Assembly: GCA_947476475.1 (NCBI GenBank)
Contig: CANJQT010000001.1
Location: 3,570-67,569, forward strand
Direction of reading: 5' to 3'
Source: Paracoccaceae bacterium
GTDB lineage: Bacteria; Pseudomonadota; Alphaproteobacteria; Rhodobacterales; Rhodobacteraceae
DNA length: 64,000 bases
In this document: positions 31,485 through 40,546 of the stretch, one piece after another
Layout of the letters: every line of letters begins with the position of its first letter
Position numbering within the stretch: the stretch's first letter is position 1
Made by a program: the position numbers and the translations under genes
Notes under the pieces: model-generated
Databases searched by the model: none
The model's input: the letters and a program-made list of their open reading frames with translations, nothing else
What the model was told of the DNA's origin: nothing

Positions 31485-32624
31485 ATGAGTTATCTTGACT
31501 ATAACCTTGGTGCGGTGCCGACCGGCTGGCGCAAGGTGCTTTACATCAACTGGGCGCTGGTCTTCCTGCTGATCGCGATTTCGTCGATTGGCTTCCTGAT
31601 GCTTTATTCGATTGCCGGGGGGCAGTTGGACACTTGGGCAGGGCCGCAGATCAAACGGTTTGGCGCCGGGATGCTGGGCATGTTCATCATTGCCTTTGTG
31701 CCGATCGGGTTTTGGCGCAACATGTCTGTGGTGGGCTATGTGCTGTCGGTGCTTTTGCTGGTGGCGGTCGAACTTGTCGGCACGGTCGGCATGGGCGCGC
31801 AGCGCTGGATCGAACTGGGGCCGGTGCGCTTCCAGCCCTCGGAGTTGATGAAGATCGCCTTGGTGCTGTTGCTGGCGGCCTATTACGATTGGCTGGATGT
31901 CCGGAAAGTTTCGCGCCCGTTGTGGGTGGCGATTCCGGTGGTGTTGATCCTGATCCCGACGGTTCTGGTGCTGAAGCAGCCGAACCTTGGCAATGCGATC
32001 CTGCTGTTGGCCACGGGCGGGGCGGTGATGATGGTGGCTGGGGTCAGTTTCTGGTATTTTGGAACGGTGATTGCGCTGGTGGTTGCGCTGGTCTTTGCGG
32101 TCTTGGAAAGCAAGGGCACCGACTGGCAGCTGATCGAGGATTACCAATTCAAGCGGATCGACACGTTCCTTGACCCCGAGGCGGATCCGCTTGGCGCGGG
32201 CTACAACATCATGCAGGCCAAGATTGCGCTGGGATCCGGCGGCTGGAGCGGCAAGGGTTTCATGCAGGGCACCCAGTCGCAACTGAATTTCCTGCCGGAA
32301 AAGCATACCGACTTCATCTTCAACACGCTGGCCGAGGAGTTCGGTTTTATCGGGGCCTTTTCGCTTTTGTGCCTTTATGTGTTGCTAATCTTCTTTTGCT
32401 TTTTGTCGGCAATGACCAACAAGGACCGGTTCGCGGGCCTGATGATCTACGGGATCGCCACTGCCTTTTTCCTGCTGATCGCCATCAACATGGGCATGGT
32501 GATGGGGCTGATGCCGGTGGTGGGGCTGCCGTTGCCGCTGGTTTCCTATGGCGGGTCGGCGATGATCATCCTGCTGGCCGGTTTCGGGCTGGTGCAAAGT
32601 GCCCATATCCACAGACCGAGGTAA
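31485..32624 (+). CDS. rodA: SEDS peptidoglycan polymerase RodA
   Basis: GAQRWIELG, FQPSELMK, LPEKHTDFIF, PLVSYGGS. Confidence 0.95.
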   Translation: MSYLDYNLGAVPTGWRKVLYINWALVFLLIAISSIGFLMLYSIAGGQLDTWAGPQIKRFGAGMLGMFIIAFVPIGFWRNMSVVGYVLSVLLLVAVELVGTVGMGAQRWIELGPVRFQPSELMKIALVLLLAAYYDWLDVRKVSRPLWVAIPVVLILIPTVLVLKQPNLGNAILLLATGGAVMMVAGVSFWYFGTVIALVVALVFAVLESKGTDWQLIEDYQFKRIDTFLDPEADPLGAGYNIMQAKIALGSGGWSGKGFMQGTQSQLNFLPEKHTDFIFNTLAEEFGFIGAFSLLCLYVLLIFFCFLSAMTNKDRFAGLMIYGIATAFFLLIAINMGMVMGLMPVVGLPLPLVSYGGSAMIILLAGFGLVQSAHIHRPR

Positions 32625-32626
32625 GA

Positions 32627-33565
32627 ATGACTGTCACCATCCATTTCGCTGCCGGCGTCGCCAACTGGGCCGAGTATGAGGCGCCTTTGCGTGCGGCGTT
32701 GGCGCGGGCCGGGATCGCGGCGAACCTGTCGGACCGCGCCGCTGATCCGGCGCATGTGGATTACATCATCTTCGCGCCGGGGGGCGTGATCAACGATTTC
32801 ACCCCCTATACCGGCTGCAAGGCGGTTCTGAGCCTGTGGGCGGGGGTCGAGAAATACATCAACAACCCAACCCTGACCCAGCCGCTGGCGCGGATGGTCA
32901 ATGATGAACTGACCGAGGGAATGGTGGAATATGTGGTCGGCCATGTGCTGCGCCACCATCTGGGGATGGATGCCCATATCCACGGGCAGGACGGGGTCTG
33001 GCGCAATACGATCCTGCCGCCACTGGCGCGGGAACGGACGGTGGCGGTGCTGGGGCTGGGAGAGTTGGGTGCCGCGTCGGCGCGGGCACTGGCGGCGCTG
33101 AATTTCCGGGTGCTGGGCTGGAGCCGGTCGGCCAAGGCGATCGAAGGGGTGGAATGCCATTCCGGCGATGAGGGGCTGGACCACGTCTTGTCGCAGGCCG
33201 AGATTGCCGTGCTGCTGATGCCGCTGACGGCTGAGACGACGAATGTGCTGGATGCGCGGCGGCTGGCCCTGATGCCGAAGGGCGCGGTGATCGTCAATCC
33301 GGGGCGCGGGCCGCTGATCGACGATGAGGCGCTGCTGGCGGCTTTGGACAGCGGCCAGATCGGCCATGCGACGCTGGATGTGTTCCGGGTGGAACCGCTG
33401 CCCAAGGATCATCCTTATTGGGCGCATCCCCGCGTCACCGTCACCCCGCATATCGCCGCCGACACAAGGGTGAAGAGCGCCTGCGAGGTGCTGGTGGAAA
33501 ATATCCGGCGCGGCGAGGCGGGTCTGCCACTGCTGCATCTGGTTGACCGCACGCGGGGTTATTGA
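32627..33565 (+). CDS. ghrA: Glyoxylate/hydroxypyruvate reductase A (D-2-hydroxyacid dehydrogenase)
   Basis: LGLGELG, VNPGRG, LDVFRVEPLP, TPHIAA. Confidence 0.85.
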   Translation: MTVTIHFAAGVANWAEYEAPLRAALARAGIAANLSDRAADPAHVDYIIFAPGGVINDFTPYTGCKAVLSLWAGVEKYINNPTLTQPLARMVNDELTEGMVEYVVGHVLRHHLGMDAHIHGQDGVWRNTILPPLARERTVAVLGLGELGAASARALAALNFRVLGWSRSAKAIEGVECHSGDEGLDHVLSQAEIAVLLMPLTAETTNVLDARRLALMPKGAVIVNPGRGPLIDDEALLAALDSGQIGHATLDVFRVEPLPKDHPYWAHPRVTVTPHIAADTRVKSACEVLVENIRRGEAGLPLLHLVDRTRGY

Positions 33566-33654
33566 GGCAGCCCCGGCGACTGGCCGGGTGCCCGGTTGAC
33601 AATCGGGGCCGTGCGGCTGGATGGTGCGCACCTTGCAAGACAGGACTGGATAAC

Positions 33655-34419
33655 ATGGATCTTCAACTGGCGGGCAGGCATGCCCTGATCACCGGCGGCA
33701 CGCGGGGCATTGGCCGCGCCATCGCCGAATGCTTCGCGGCAGAGGGGGCGCATGTGTCGGTCTGCGCCCGCACCCCGGCCCAGGTCGAGGAGACGGTGGC
33801 GGCCTTGCAGTCGCGTGGTGTGAGGGCCTTTGGCCGCGCGCTGGATGTGGGGGACGGCGCGGCGTTGGCGGCCTTCATTGTGGATGCGGCGGCCCATATG
33901 GGGCGGCTGGACGCGGTGGTGGCCAATACCAGCGCCATGGCCTCGGGCACCGGGATTGCCGATTTCGATGCGGCTTACCGCATCGACCTTCTTCACACCC
34001 GCAATGCCGCCGAGGCGGCGATGCCATTTCTGGAAAAGTCGGACGCAGGATCGGTGATCGCCATCTCATCCGTCTCGGGCTCTGAGGATTACGGTTATGA
34101 GGGCGTATCCTATGGCACGATGAAGGCGGCCTTGTTCTTCTACATGAAGTCTTTGGCCCGTCATCTGGCCCCGAAGGGCATCCGCGCCAATGTGGTATCG
34201 CCCGGCACCACCTATTTCCCCGGCGGCTATTGGAGCGATGTGGAAAGGGATGATCCGCAAGGCTTTGCCGAGGTGATTGCCGATAATCCTTTTGGCCGAA
34301 TGGCGGGGCCAGAGGAGGTTGCGCGGGCGGTGATCTTTCTGTCCAGCCCGGCGGCAAGTTTCATATCGGGCACCAATCTGGTGGTGGATGGCGCGCTGAC
34401 CACCCGCATCCAGACCTGA
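33655..34419 (+). CDS. Short-chain dehydrogenase/reductase
   Basis: TGGTRGIG, YGTMK (YxxxK), IRANVVSPG, VVDGA. Confidence 0.9.
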   Translation: MDLQLAGRHALITGGTRGIGRAIAECFAAEGAHVSVCARTPAQVEETVAALQSRGVRAFGRALDVGDGAALAAFIVDAAAHMGRLDAVVANTSAMASGTGIADFDAAYRIDLLHTRNAAEAAMPFLEKSDAGSVIAISSVSGSEDYGYEGVSYGTMKAALFFYMKSLARHLAPKGIRANVVSPGTTYFPGGYWSDVERDDPQGFAEVIADNPFGRMAGPEEVARAVIFLSSPAASFISGTNLVVDGALTTRIQT

Positions 34420-34444
34420 GCGGGCAAACCTTAGATTGCCGCCG

Positions 34445-34951
34445 TCAGATCGTTGCTTCGTGCGCCCATTGCAGAAGCGCCTGCCTTTGCCGGGGGCGGC
34501 AGAAGATGTCACCGGGATGGCAGTTGGCGCGGATCTGGCCGGCGTGGCGGGCGAAGGCGCGCCAACGACCGATCTGGATGCGATCGGTTTCGGGCAGGCG
34601 GCGGCCAAGGGTATAGCGGCAGTACCACTGGAACCAGCCGCGCGGGTCCGGCCCGTAGATCCAGCCCTTTTCGCGCCAGACCGACAGGGGTTGGCGGCTT
34701 TTCACGCCGAAATAGTTCAGTGTCGGATCGGGCTGCGCGCTGATCCGCGCGCCGTCGAACCATTCGGCGGGCAGCTCATCCCGGCAATCGTTGCAGTAGC
34801 GCCCTTCGAAGACGCCCATGCGCAGCATTTCGGCGGGGGTATAGAAGGGGCGGAAGTCGGCGGCGAAATCCTGCCCCATCGGCGCTTCCAGCCGGTAGCT
34901 GTAGCCGCTTTGCATGCGGTCGTTCACAGTGATGAGGCGGCCAGAGGTCAT
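34445..34951 (-). CDS. Conserved hypothetical protein rich in W/Y/R motifs
   Basis: EMLRMGVFEGRY, NYFGVKSRQ, DPRGWFQWYCRY.LGRR, RPRQRQALLQW look like a conserved family; no function can be assigned. Confidence 0.75.
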   Translation of the reverse strand: MTSGRLITVNDRMQSGYSYRLEAPMGQDFAADFRPFYTPAEMLRMGVFEGRYCNDCRDELPAEWFDGARISAQPDPTLNYFGVKSRQPLSVWREKGWIYGPDPRGWFQWYCRYTLGRRLPETDRIQIGRWRAFARHAGQIRANCHPGDIFCRPRQRQALLQWAHEATI

Positions 34952-35087
34952 GGGACGAACATAGGGGCAGCGCGGGCCGGAGAAAAGCCCGTACGGATCG
35001 CGGGTCTGTGGTAAAAAGCGGCTGATCTGCCGTATCCCATCGTATACCCTCTTGCCTCGCGCCCGGATTGTCGGCTAACCATGGCGC

Positions 35088-35258
35088 GTCAGAACCGGGA
35101 GAATCCGGTGGGGTCAACACCCCGACTGGTGCCGAAGGAGCAACCGCCCCGGTAAACTCTCAGGCGCAAGGACCGTTCTGGCAGCGGAACTCTGGAGAGA
35201 TCCTGTGAAAACGGGACGCCGAAGGGATAACGATCTCAGGCGGAAGGACAGAGGGGGC
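35088..35258 (+). ncRNA. Tandem glycine riboswitch (two aptamers)
   Basis: Two GGAGA...CCGAAGG...CTCAGG aptamer cores upstream of gcvT, followed by the hairpin GGACAGG-ATCAG-CCTGTCC. Confidence 0.95.
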
Positions 35259-35335
35259 ATCGAAGCGGACAGGATCAGCCTGTCCGGGAACGGTGCCGGA
35301 CCCAAGCGACCGGCGTTTGAGACAGGAGGGCGGCG

Positions 35336-36463
35336 ATGGCCGACCTGAAACGCACGGTTTTTTTTGATCTGCACGTTGAGCTTGGTGCCAAGATGGTGCC
35401 CTTCGCAGGCTATGAGATGCCTGTGCAGTACCCGATGGGCGTGATGAAGGAACATCTTCATACCCGCAGCGGAGCGGGGCTCTTCGATGTCAGCCATATG
35501 GGGCAGGTCATTCTGCGCCCGAAGTCGGGTCGCTATGAGGATGCGGCACTGGCGTTCGAGGCGTTGGTGCCGGTGGATGTGCTGGGGCTGGCGCAGGGAC
35601 GGCAGCGGTACGGGATGTTCACCAGTCAGGATGGCGGGATTCTGGATGATCTGATGTTCTCCAACCGGGGCGATCATCTGTTTGTTGTGGTGAATGCCGC
35701 CTGCAAGGATCAGGATATCGCGCATATGCGGGCCCATCTGTCGGCGACCTGCGAGGTTGTCGCGGTGACGGACCGGGCGCTGGTGGCGTTGCAGGGGCCG
35801 CGCGCCGAGGCGGCGCTGGAGGCGCTGGTGCCGGGTGTTGCGGCGATGAGGTTCATGGATGTGGCGATTCTGCCGTGGGGCGGGGTCGATCTGTGGATCT
35901 CGCGGTCTGGCTATACCGGCGAAGATGGCTACGAGATTTCGGTGCCCAAAGCGGTGGCGGTGGACTTCGCCCGCGCGCTTATGGCGCGGCCGGGGGTGGC
36001 CCCCGTCGGGTTGGGCGCGCGCGACAGCCTGCGGCTGGAGGCGGGCATGTGCCTTTACGGGCATGACATTGACGAAGGCACGAGCCCGGTCGAGGGTAAC
36101 CTGACCTGGGCGATCCAGAAGGCGCGCCGCGCAGGTGGCGCGCGGCAGGGCGGTTTTCCGGGGGCGGTCCGCATCCTGCGGGAACTGGCCGAGGGCCCGG
36201 CCCGCCGCCGGGTCGGCTTGCGGCCGGAAGGCCGCGCGCCAATGCGCGAAGGCACGCTTTTGTTCGCTGCTGCTGACGGAGGCGATGCGATCGGCCATAT
36301 CACCTCTGGCGGGTTTGGACCTTCGATCGAGGGGCCGATGGCGATGGGCTACTTGCCTGCCAGCCTTTTCGAAGGGATGATCGTTTATGGCGAGGTGCGC
36401 GGCAAACGCCTGCCGGCCGTGATCGCGCCTATGCCTTTCCACCCCACCTCTTACAAACGCTGA
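35336..36463 (+). CDS. gcvT: Glycine cleavage system T protein
   Basis: FAGYEMPVQY, LFDVSHMGQ, RSGYTGEDGYE, GARDSLRLEAG. Confidence 0.96.
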   Translation: MADLKRTVFFDLHVELGAKMVPFAGYEMPVQYPMGVMKEHLHTRSGAGLFDVSHMGQVILRPKSGRYEDAALAFEALVPVDVLGLAQGRQRYGMFTSQDGGILDDLMFSNRGDHLFVVVNAACKDQDIAHMRAHLSATCEVVAVTDRALVALQGPRAEAALEALVPGVAAMRFMDVAILPWGGVDLWISRSGYTGEDGYEISVPKAVAVDFARALMARPGVAPVGLGARDSLRLEAGMCLYGHDIDEGTSPVEGNLTWAIQKARRAGGARQGGFPGAVRILRELAEGPARRRVGLRPEGRAPMREGTLLFAAADGGDAIGHITSGGFGPSIEGPMAMGYLPASLFEGMIVYGEVRGKRLPAVIAPMPFHPTSYKR

Positions 36464-36478
36464 ACTCTCAGGGAGCTG

Positions 36479-36841
36479 ATGATGAAATATACCGAAGAAC
36501 ACGAATGGCTGCGCGTCGAGGGTGACCTTGTCGTGGTTGGCATCACCGAACATGCCGCCGAACAGCTGGGCGATGTGGTGTTCGTCGAACTGCCAGAGGT
36601 GGAGACGATGGTGGCCAAGGGCGACGATGCCGCGGTGATCGAAAGCGTCAAAGCAGCGTCCGACATTCTGGCGCCGCTGGATGGCGAGATCGTCGAAGTG
36701 AATGAAAAGCTGGTGGACAATCCGGGGCTGGTGAATGCCGATCCGATGGGTGCGGCCTGGTTCTTCAAGATGAAGATCGATGATCTGTCGGTGCTGGACG
36801 AATATATGGACGAAGACGCCTACAAAGAGCTGATCGGCTGA
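36479..36841 (+). CDS. gcvH: Glycine cleavage system H protein
   Basis: [18 protein letters not shown] with the lipoyl-lysine. Confidence 0.96.
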   Translation: MMKYTEEHEWLRVEGDLVVVGITEHAAEQLGDVVFVELPEVETMVAKGDDAAVIESVKAASDILAPLDGEIVEVNEKLVDNPGLVNADPMGAAWFFKMKIDDLSVLDEYMDEDAYKELIG

Positions 36842-37128
36842 AGGTGACATGCCGTTGTCCCCTTTCAGAGGACCGGCAGGGAACGCGCCAGTGGCGCGTT
36901 ACCCGGTCCGATTGGCGCGGGCGCAAGACCGCGCCAAGGGGGTTTCCGCCTGCACCGAACGCCGGGGCAGGGGCTGGCCTTGCTTTGAGAGCACGGCCGG
37001 GACACCCCCGGCCGACCGCTGCGCACAGTGCGATGGCCCTGCGCTTGCCCAACCGAAAAATGACCGCAGTTGCCGGACGTGACCTTGGCCCGTCGCCTCT
37101 GACAGCAAAGCCCTTCAGGAGCTGACCC
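36842..37128. repeat. Palindrome-rich 287-bp spacer inside gcvTHP (REP/MITE-like)
   Basis: Hairpins AACGCGCCA-G-TGGCGCGTT, TTGGCGCGG-N8-CCGCGCCAA, CGGCCGGG-N5-CCCGGCCG. Confidence 0.5.
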
Positions 37129-39978
37129 ATGACGTACAAACCCACCGACTATCTGCCCTATGACTTCGCCAACCGCCGCCATATCGGCCCCTCGCCCGTC
37201 GAGATGGCCGAGATGTTCAAGGTGCTGGGCGTCAAGGATCTGGATGAACTGATCGACCAGACGATCCCGGCCAGTCTGCGGCAGGCAAAACCCTTGGACT
37301 TCGGCAAACCGAAGTCGGAACGCGAGCTTTTGTGGTTCATGCGGCAGGTGGCCAAGAAGAACAAGGTCTTCTCCTCGATGATCGGGCAGGGCTTTTACGG
37401 CACGGTGACGCCGCCGGCGATCCAGCGCAATATTCTGGAAAACCCGGCTTGGTATACCGCCTATACCCCCTATCAGCCCGAGATTTCGCAAGGACGGCTT
37501 GAGGCGCTGTTGAACTTCCAGACGATGGTCTGTGATTTGACCGGGCTTGAAATTGCCAATGCCTCGCTTCTGGACGAATCCACCGCGGCAGCCGAGGCGA
37601 TGACGATGGCGCAGCGGGTGGCCAAGTCGAAATCCGCGGCCTTTTTCGTCGATCAGGAATGCCACCCGCAGAATATCGCGGTGATGCAGACCCGTGCGGC
37701 GCCGTTGGGGATTGAAGTTGTGGTGGGCGATCCGCGTGAGATGGACGCGGCGAAATACTTTGCGGCGATCTTTCAGTATCCGGGCACCCATGGGCATCTG
37801 ATGGATTTCAGCGAGACCATCGCGGCGCTGCACGACAACGATGCCATCGGCATTGTCATCGCCGACCCGCTGGCGCTGACGATCCTGAAGGAACCGGGCG
37901 CGATGGGGGCCGATATTGCCGTGGGTTCCACCCAGCGGTTCGGTGTACCGATGGGTTATGGCGGGCCGTCGGCGGCCTACATGGCCTGCAAGGACAAGCA
38001 CAAGCGCGACATGCCGGGGCGGATTGTGGGCGTTTCGATCGACGCGCAGGGGGGGCGTGCCTACCGGCTTTCGCTGCAGACCCGCGAACAGCATATCCGC
38101 CGGGAAAAAGCCACATCGAACGTCTGCACCGCGCAGGCGCTTCTGGCGAACATGGCCAGTTTCTATGCGGTCTTTCACGGGCCGGAAGGGCTGAAAGCCA
38201 TCGCCCAGCGTATCCATCGCAAGACGGTGCGAGTGGCAAAGACGCTACAGGCGGCGGGCTTCAAGGTGGAGCCCAAGTATTTCTTCGATACGATCACGGT
38301 CGATGTCGGGCCGATGCAGCAGGTGATCCTGAAGGCCGCGAAGAAGGAACGGATCAATCTGAGGGTGGTGGGGACCACGAAGCTGGGCATCAGTCTGGAC
38401 GAGACCACGCGGCGCGAAACCGTGGAACGTTTGTGGCGCGCCTTCGGGATCGACAAGAAGGACAGCGATCTGACGCCGGATTACCGGGTGCCGGAGGCGC
38501 TGTTGCGCAAGTCCGACTATCTGGCGCATCCGGTCTTCCACATGAACCGGGCGGAAACCGAGATGATGCGCTACATGCGCCGTCTGGCGGACCGCGATCT
38601 GGCGCTGGACCGGGCGATGATCCCGCTGGGATCCTGCACGATGAAGCTGAATGCGGCGGCCGAGATGATGCCGATCACCTGGCCGGAATTCGCCAATATC
38701 CACCCGTTCGCGCCGCATGAGCAGACCGAGGGCTATCACGAGCTGGTCAAGGATCTTAGCGCCAAGCTGTGTCAGATCACCGGCTATGACGCGATGAGCC
38801 TGCAGCCCAATTCCGGCGCGCAGGGTGAATATGCGGGGCTTTTGACGATCATGGCCTATCACCGGTCGCGCGGGCAGGGCGGGCGCGATGTGTGCCTGAT
38901 TCCGGTGTCGGCGCATGGCACCAACCCGGCTTCGGCGCAGATGGTGGGCATGAAGGTGGTGGTGGTGAAGTCGCGTGACAACGGCGACATCGATCTGGAC
39001 GATTTCCGCGCCAAGGCGGAAGCGGCGGGCGATAATCTGGCCGCCTGCATGATCACCTATCCGTCGACCCACGGGGTGTTTGAAGAGACGGTAAAAGAGG
39101 TCTGCGCGGTCACCCACAAACATGGTGGTCAGGTCTATATCGACGGGGCCAACATGAATGCGATGGTGGGGCTGGTCCGTCCCGGTGATCTGGGCGGCGA
39201 TGTCAGCCACCTGAACCTTCACAAGACTTTCTGCATCCCGCATGGCGGCGGCGGCCCAGGCATGGGACCGATCGGGGTCAAGGCGCATTTGGCCCCGCAT
39301 CTGCCCGGCCACCCGGAAACCGGTGGCGCGCAGGGGCCGGTGTCGGCGGCACCTTATGGGTCGGCCTCGATTCTGCCGATCAGCTGGGCCTATATTCTGA
39401 TGATGGGCGGCGCGGGTCTGACGCAGGCGACGAAAGTGGCGATCCTAAACGCCAATTACATCGCCAAGCGGCTGGAAGGGGCCTTCCCGGTTCTGTTCAA
39501 GGGCGAAGGCGGGCGGGTGGCGCATGAGTGCATCCTTGACCCGCGCGCTTTTGCCGAAAGCGCACATGTGACGGTGGACGATATCGCCAAACGTCTGATC
39601 GACAACGGGTTCCACGCGCCGACCATGAGCTGGCCCGTTGCCGGCACGCTGATGGTGGAGCCTACCGAAAGCGAGACGAAGGCGGAACTGGACCGGTTCA
39701 TCACCGCGATGCTGTCGATCCGCGAAGAGATTGCCATGATCGAGCGGGGCGAGATGGACGCGGAAAACAATCCGCTGAAGCACGCGCCCCACACGGTCAG
39801 CGCATTGATCGGGGATTGGGACCGGCCCTATAGCCGCGAACAGGGCTGTTTCCCGCCCGGTGCTTTCCGGGTGGACAAATACTGGCCGCCGGTCGGACGG
39901 GTTGACAACGTTTATGGTGACCGCAACCTGGTTTGCATCTGCCCGCCCGTCGAAAGCTATATGGACGCGGCGGAATGA
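37129..39978 (+). CDS. gcvP: Glycine dehydrogenase (decarboxylating), P protein
   Basis: [45 protein letters not shown]. Confidence 0.97.
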   Translation: MTYKPTDYLPYDFANRRHIGPSPVEMAEMFKVLGVKDLDELIDQTIPASLRQAKPLDFGKPKSERELLWFMRQVAKKNKVFSSMIGQGFYGTVTPPAIQRNILENPAWYTAYTPYQPEISQGRLEALLNFQTMVCDLTGLEIANASLLDESTAAAEAMTMAQRVAKSKSAAFFVDQECHPQNIAVMQTRAAPLGIEVVVGDPREMDAAKYFAAIFQYPGTHGHLMDFSETIAALHDNDAIGIVIADPLALTILKEPGAMGADIAVGSTQRFGVPMGYGGPSAAYMACKDKHKRDMPGRIVGVSIDAQGGRAYRLSLQTREQHIRREKATSNVCTAQALLANMASFYAVFHGPEGLKAIAQRIHRKTVRVAKTLQAAGFKVEPKYFFDTITVDVGPMQQVILKAAKKERINLRVVGTTKLGISLDETTRRETVERLWRAFGIDKKDSDLTPDYRVPEALLRKSDYLAHPVFHMNRAETEMMRYMRRLADRDLALDRAMIPLGSCTMKLNAAAEMMPITWPEFANIHPFAPHEQTEGYHELVKDLSAKLCQITGYDAMSLQPNSGAQGEYAGLLTIMAYHRSRGQGGRDVCLIPVSAHGTNPASAQMVGMKVVVVKSRDNGDIDLDDFRAKAEAAGDNLAACMITYPSTHGVFEETVKEVCAVTHKHGGQVYIDGANMNAMVGLVRPGDLGGDVSHLNLHKTFCIPHGGGGPGMGPIGVKAHLAPHLPGHPETGGAQGPVSAAPYGSASILPISWAYILMMGGAGLTQATKVAILNANYIAKRLEGAFPVLFKGEGGRVAHECILDPRAFAESAHVTVDDIAKRLIDNGFHAPTMSWPVAGTLMVEPTESETKAELDRFITAMLSIREEIAMIERGEMDAENNPLKHAPHTVSALIGDWDRPYSREQGCFPPGAFRVDKYWPPVGRVDNVYGDRNLVCICPPVESYMDAAE

Positions 39979-40076
39979 TCTGAGGCGTATCCGCGCTGTT
40001 CCCAGGCTCCAGAACCGGGGGACGGTGTCGTACGCAAATTATGCGGCGGCGTTGGCTGGTCGTGGGGTGCAGTGGC

Positions 40077-40105
40077 TTGACATTCGCCGTTCCCCACGCC
40101 AGAAA
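40077..40105 (+). promoter_or_regulatory. Sigma70 promoter of the tRNA (TTGACA-N17-CAGAAA)
   Basis: Perfect -35 with 17-nt spacing, ending 12 nt before the tRNA. Confidence 0.6.
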
Positions 40106-40117
40106 CCGCAGCGGTGA

Positions 40118-40193
<76 letters not shown>

Positions 40194-40248
40194 AACAATC
40201 TTCATATGTTATTGATTTAGTTAGATAATAATGAAGAGAATGTTTTCT

Positions 40249-40270
40249 CTTCCCCCACCACTTCCCCCAA
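40249..40270. promoter_or_regulatory. Integrase arm-type sites, left arm (CTTCCCCCA x2, 12-bp period)
   Basis: Same motif and period as 47979-48000. Confidence 0.7.
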
Positions 40271-40546
40271 TAGGCTTTGGAAGGTCGCGGAATTTGGTGG
40301 AAGGTCAAACCTTTTTTGTTGCGATTTATGATGGGGCGATGACAGGGCCGGTCCTGATGGGAAAGCCGCCAGAGTTTCACCCACCCCCTTGCAGAATGAT
40401 TGCCCGTCGGCTGCCGTTTGCATTTTCCTGCTATCGGAAAACAATTCTACAGACGAAGGCGGTGCGCCGGTTGCACCCCATGAGCCGCTTCGCCAACCTT
40501 GGGGTAATCATAGGGTCGCCCAGCACCCGCTGATCCGCCGTTGTTT

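Noticed and set aside
40231-40533. 100-aa ORF at the left end of the island
   Set aside because: Runs through arm sites and the AT-rich att region, with no SD and atypical composition.
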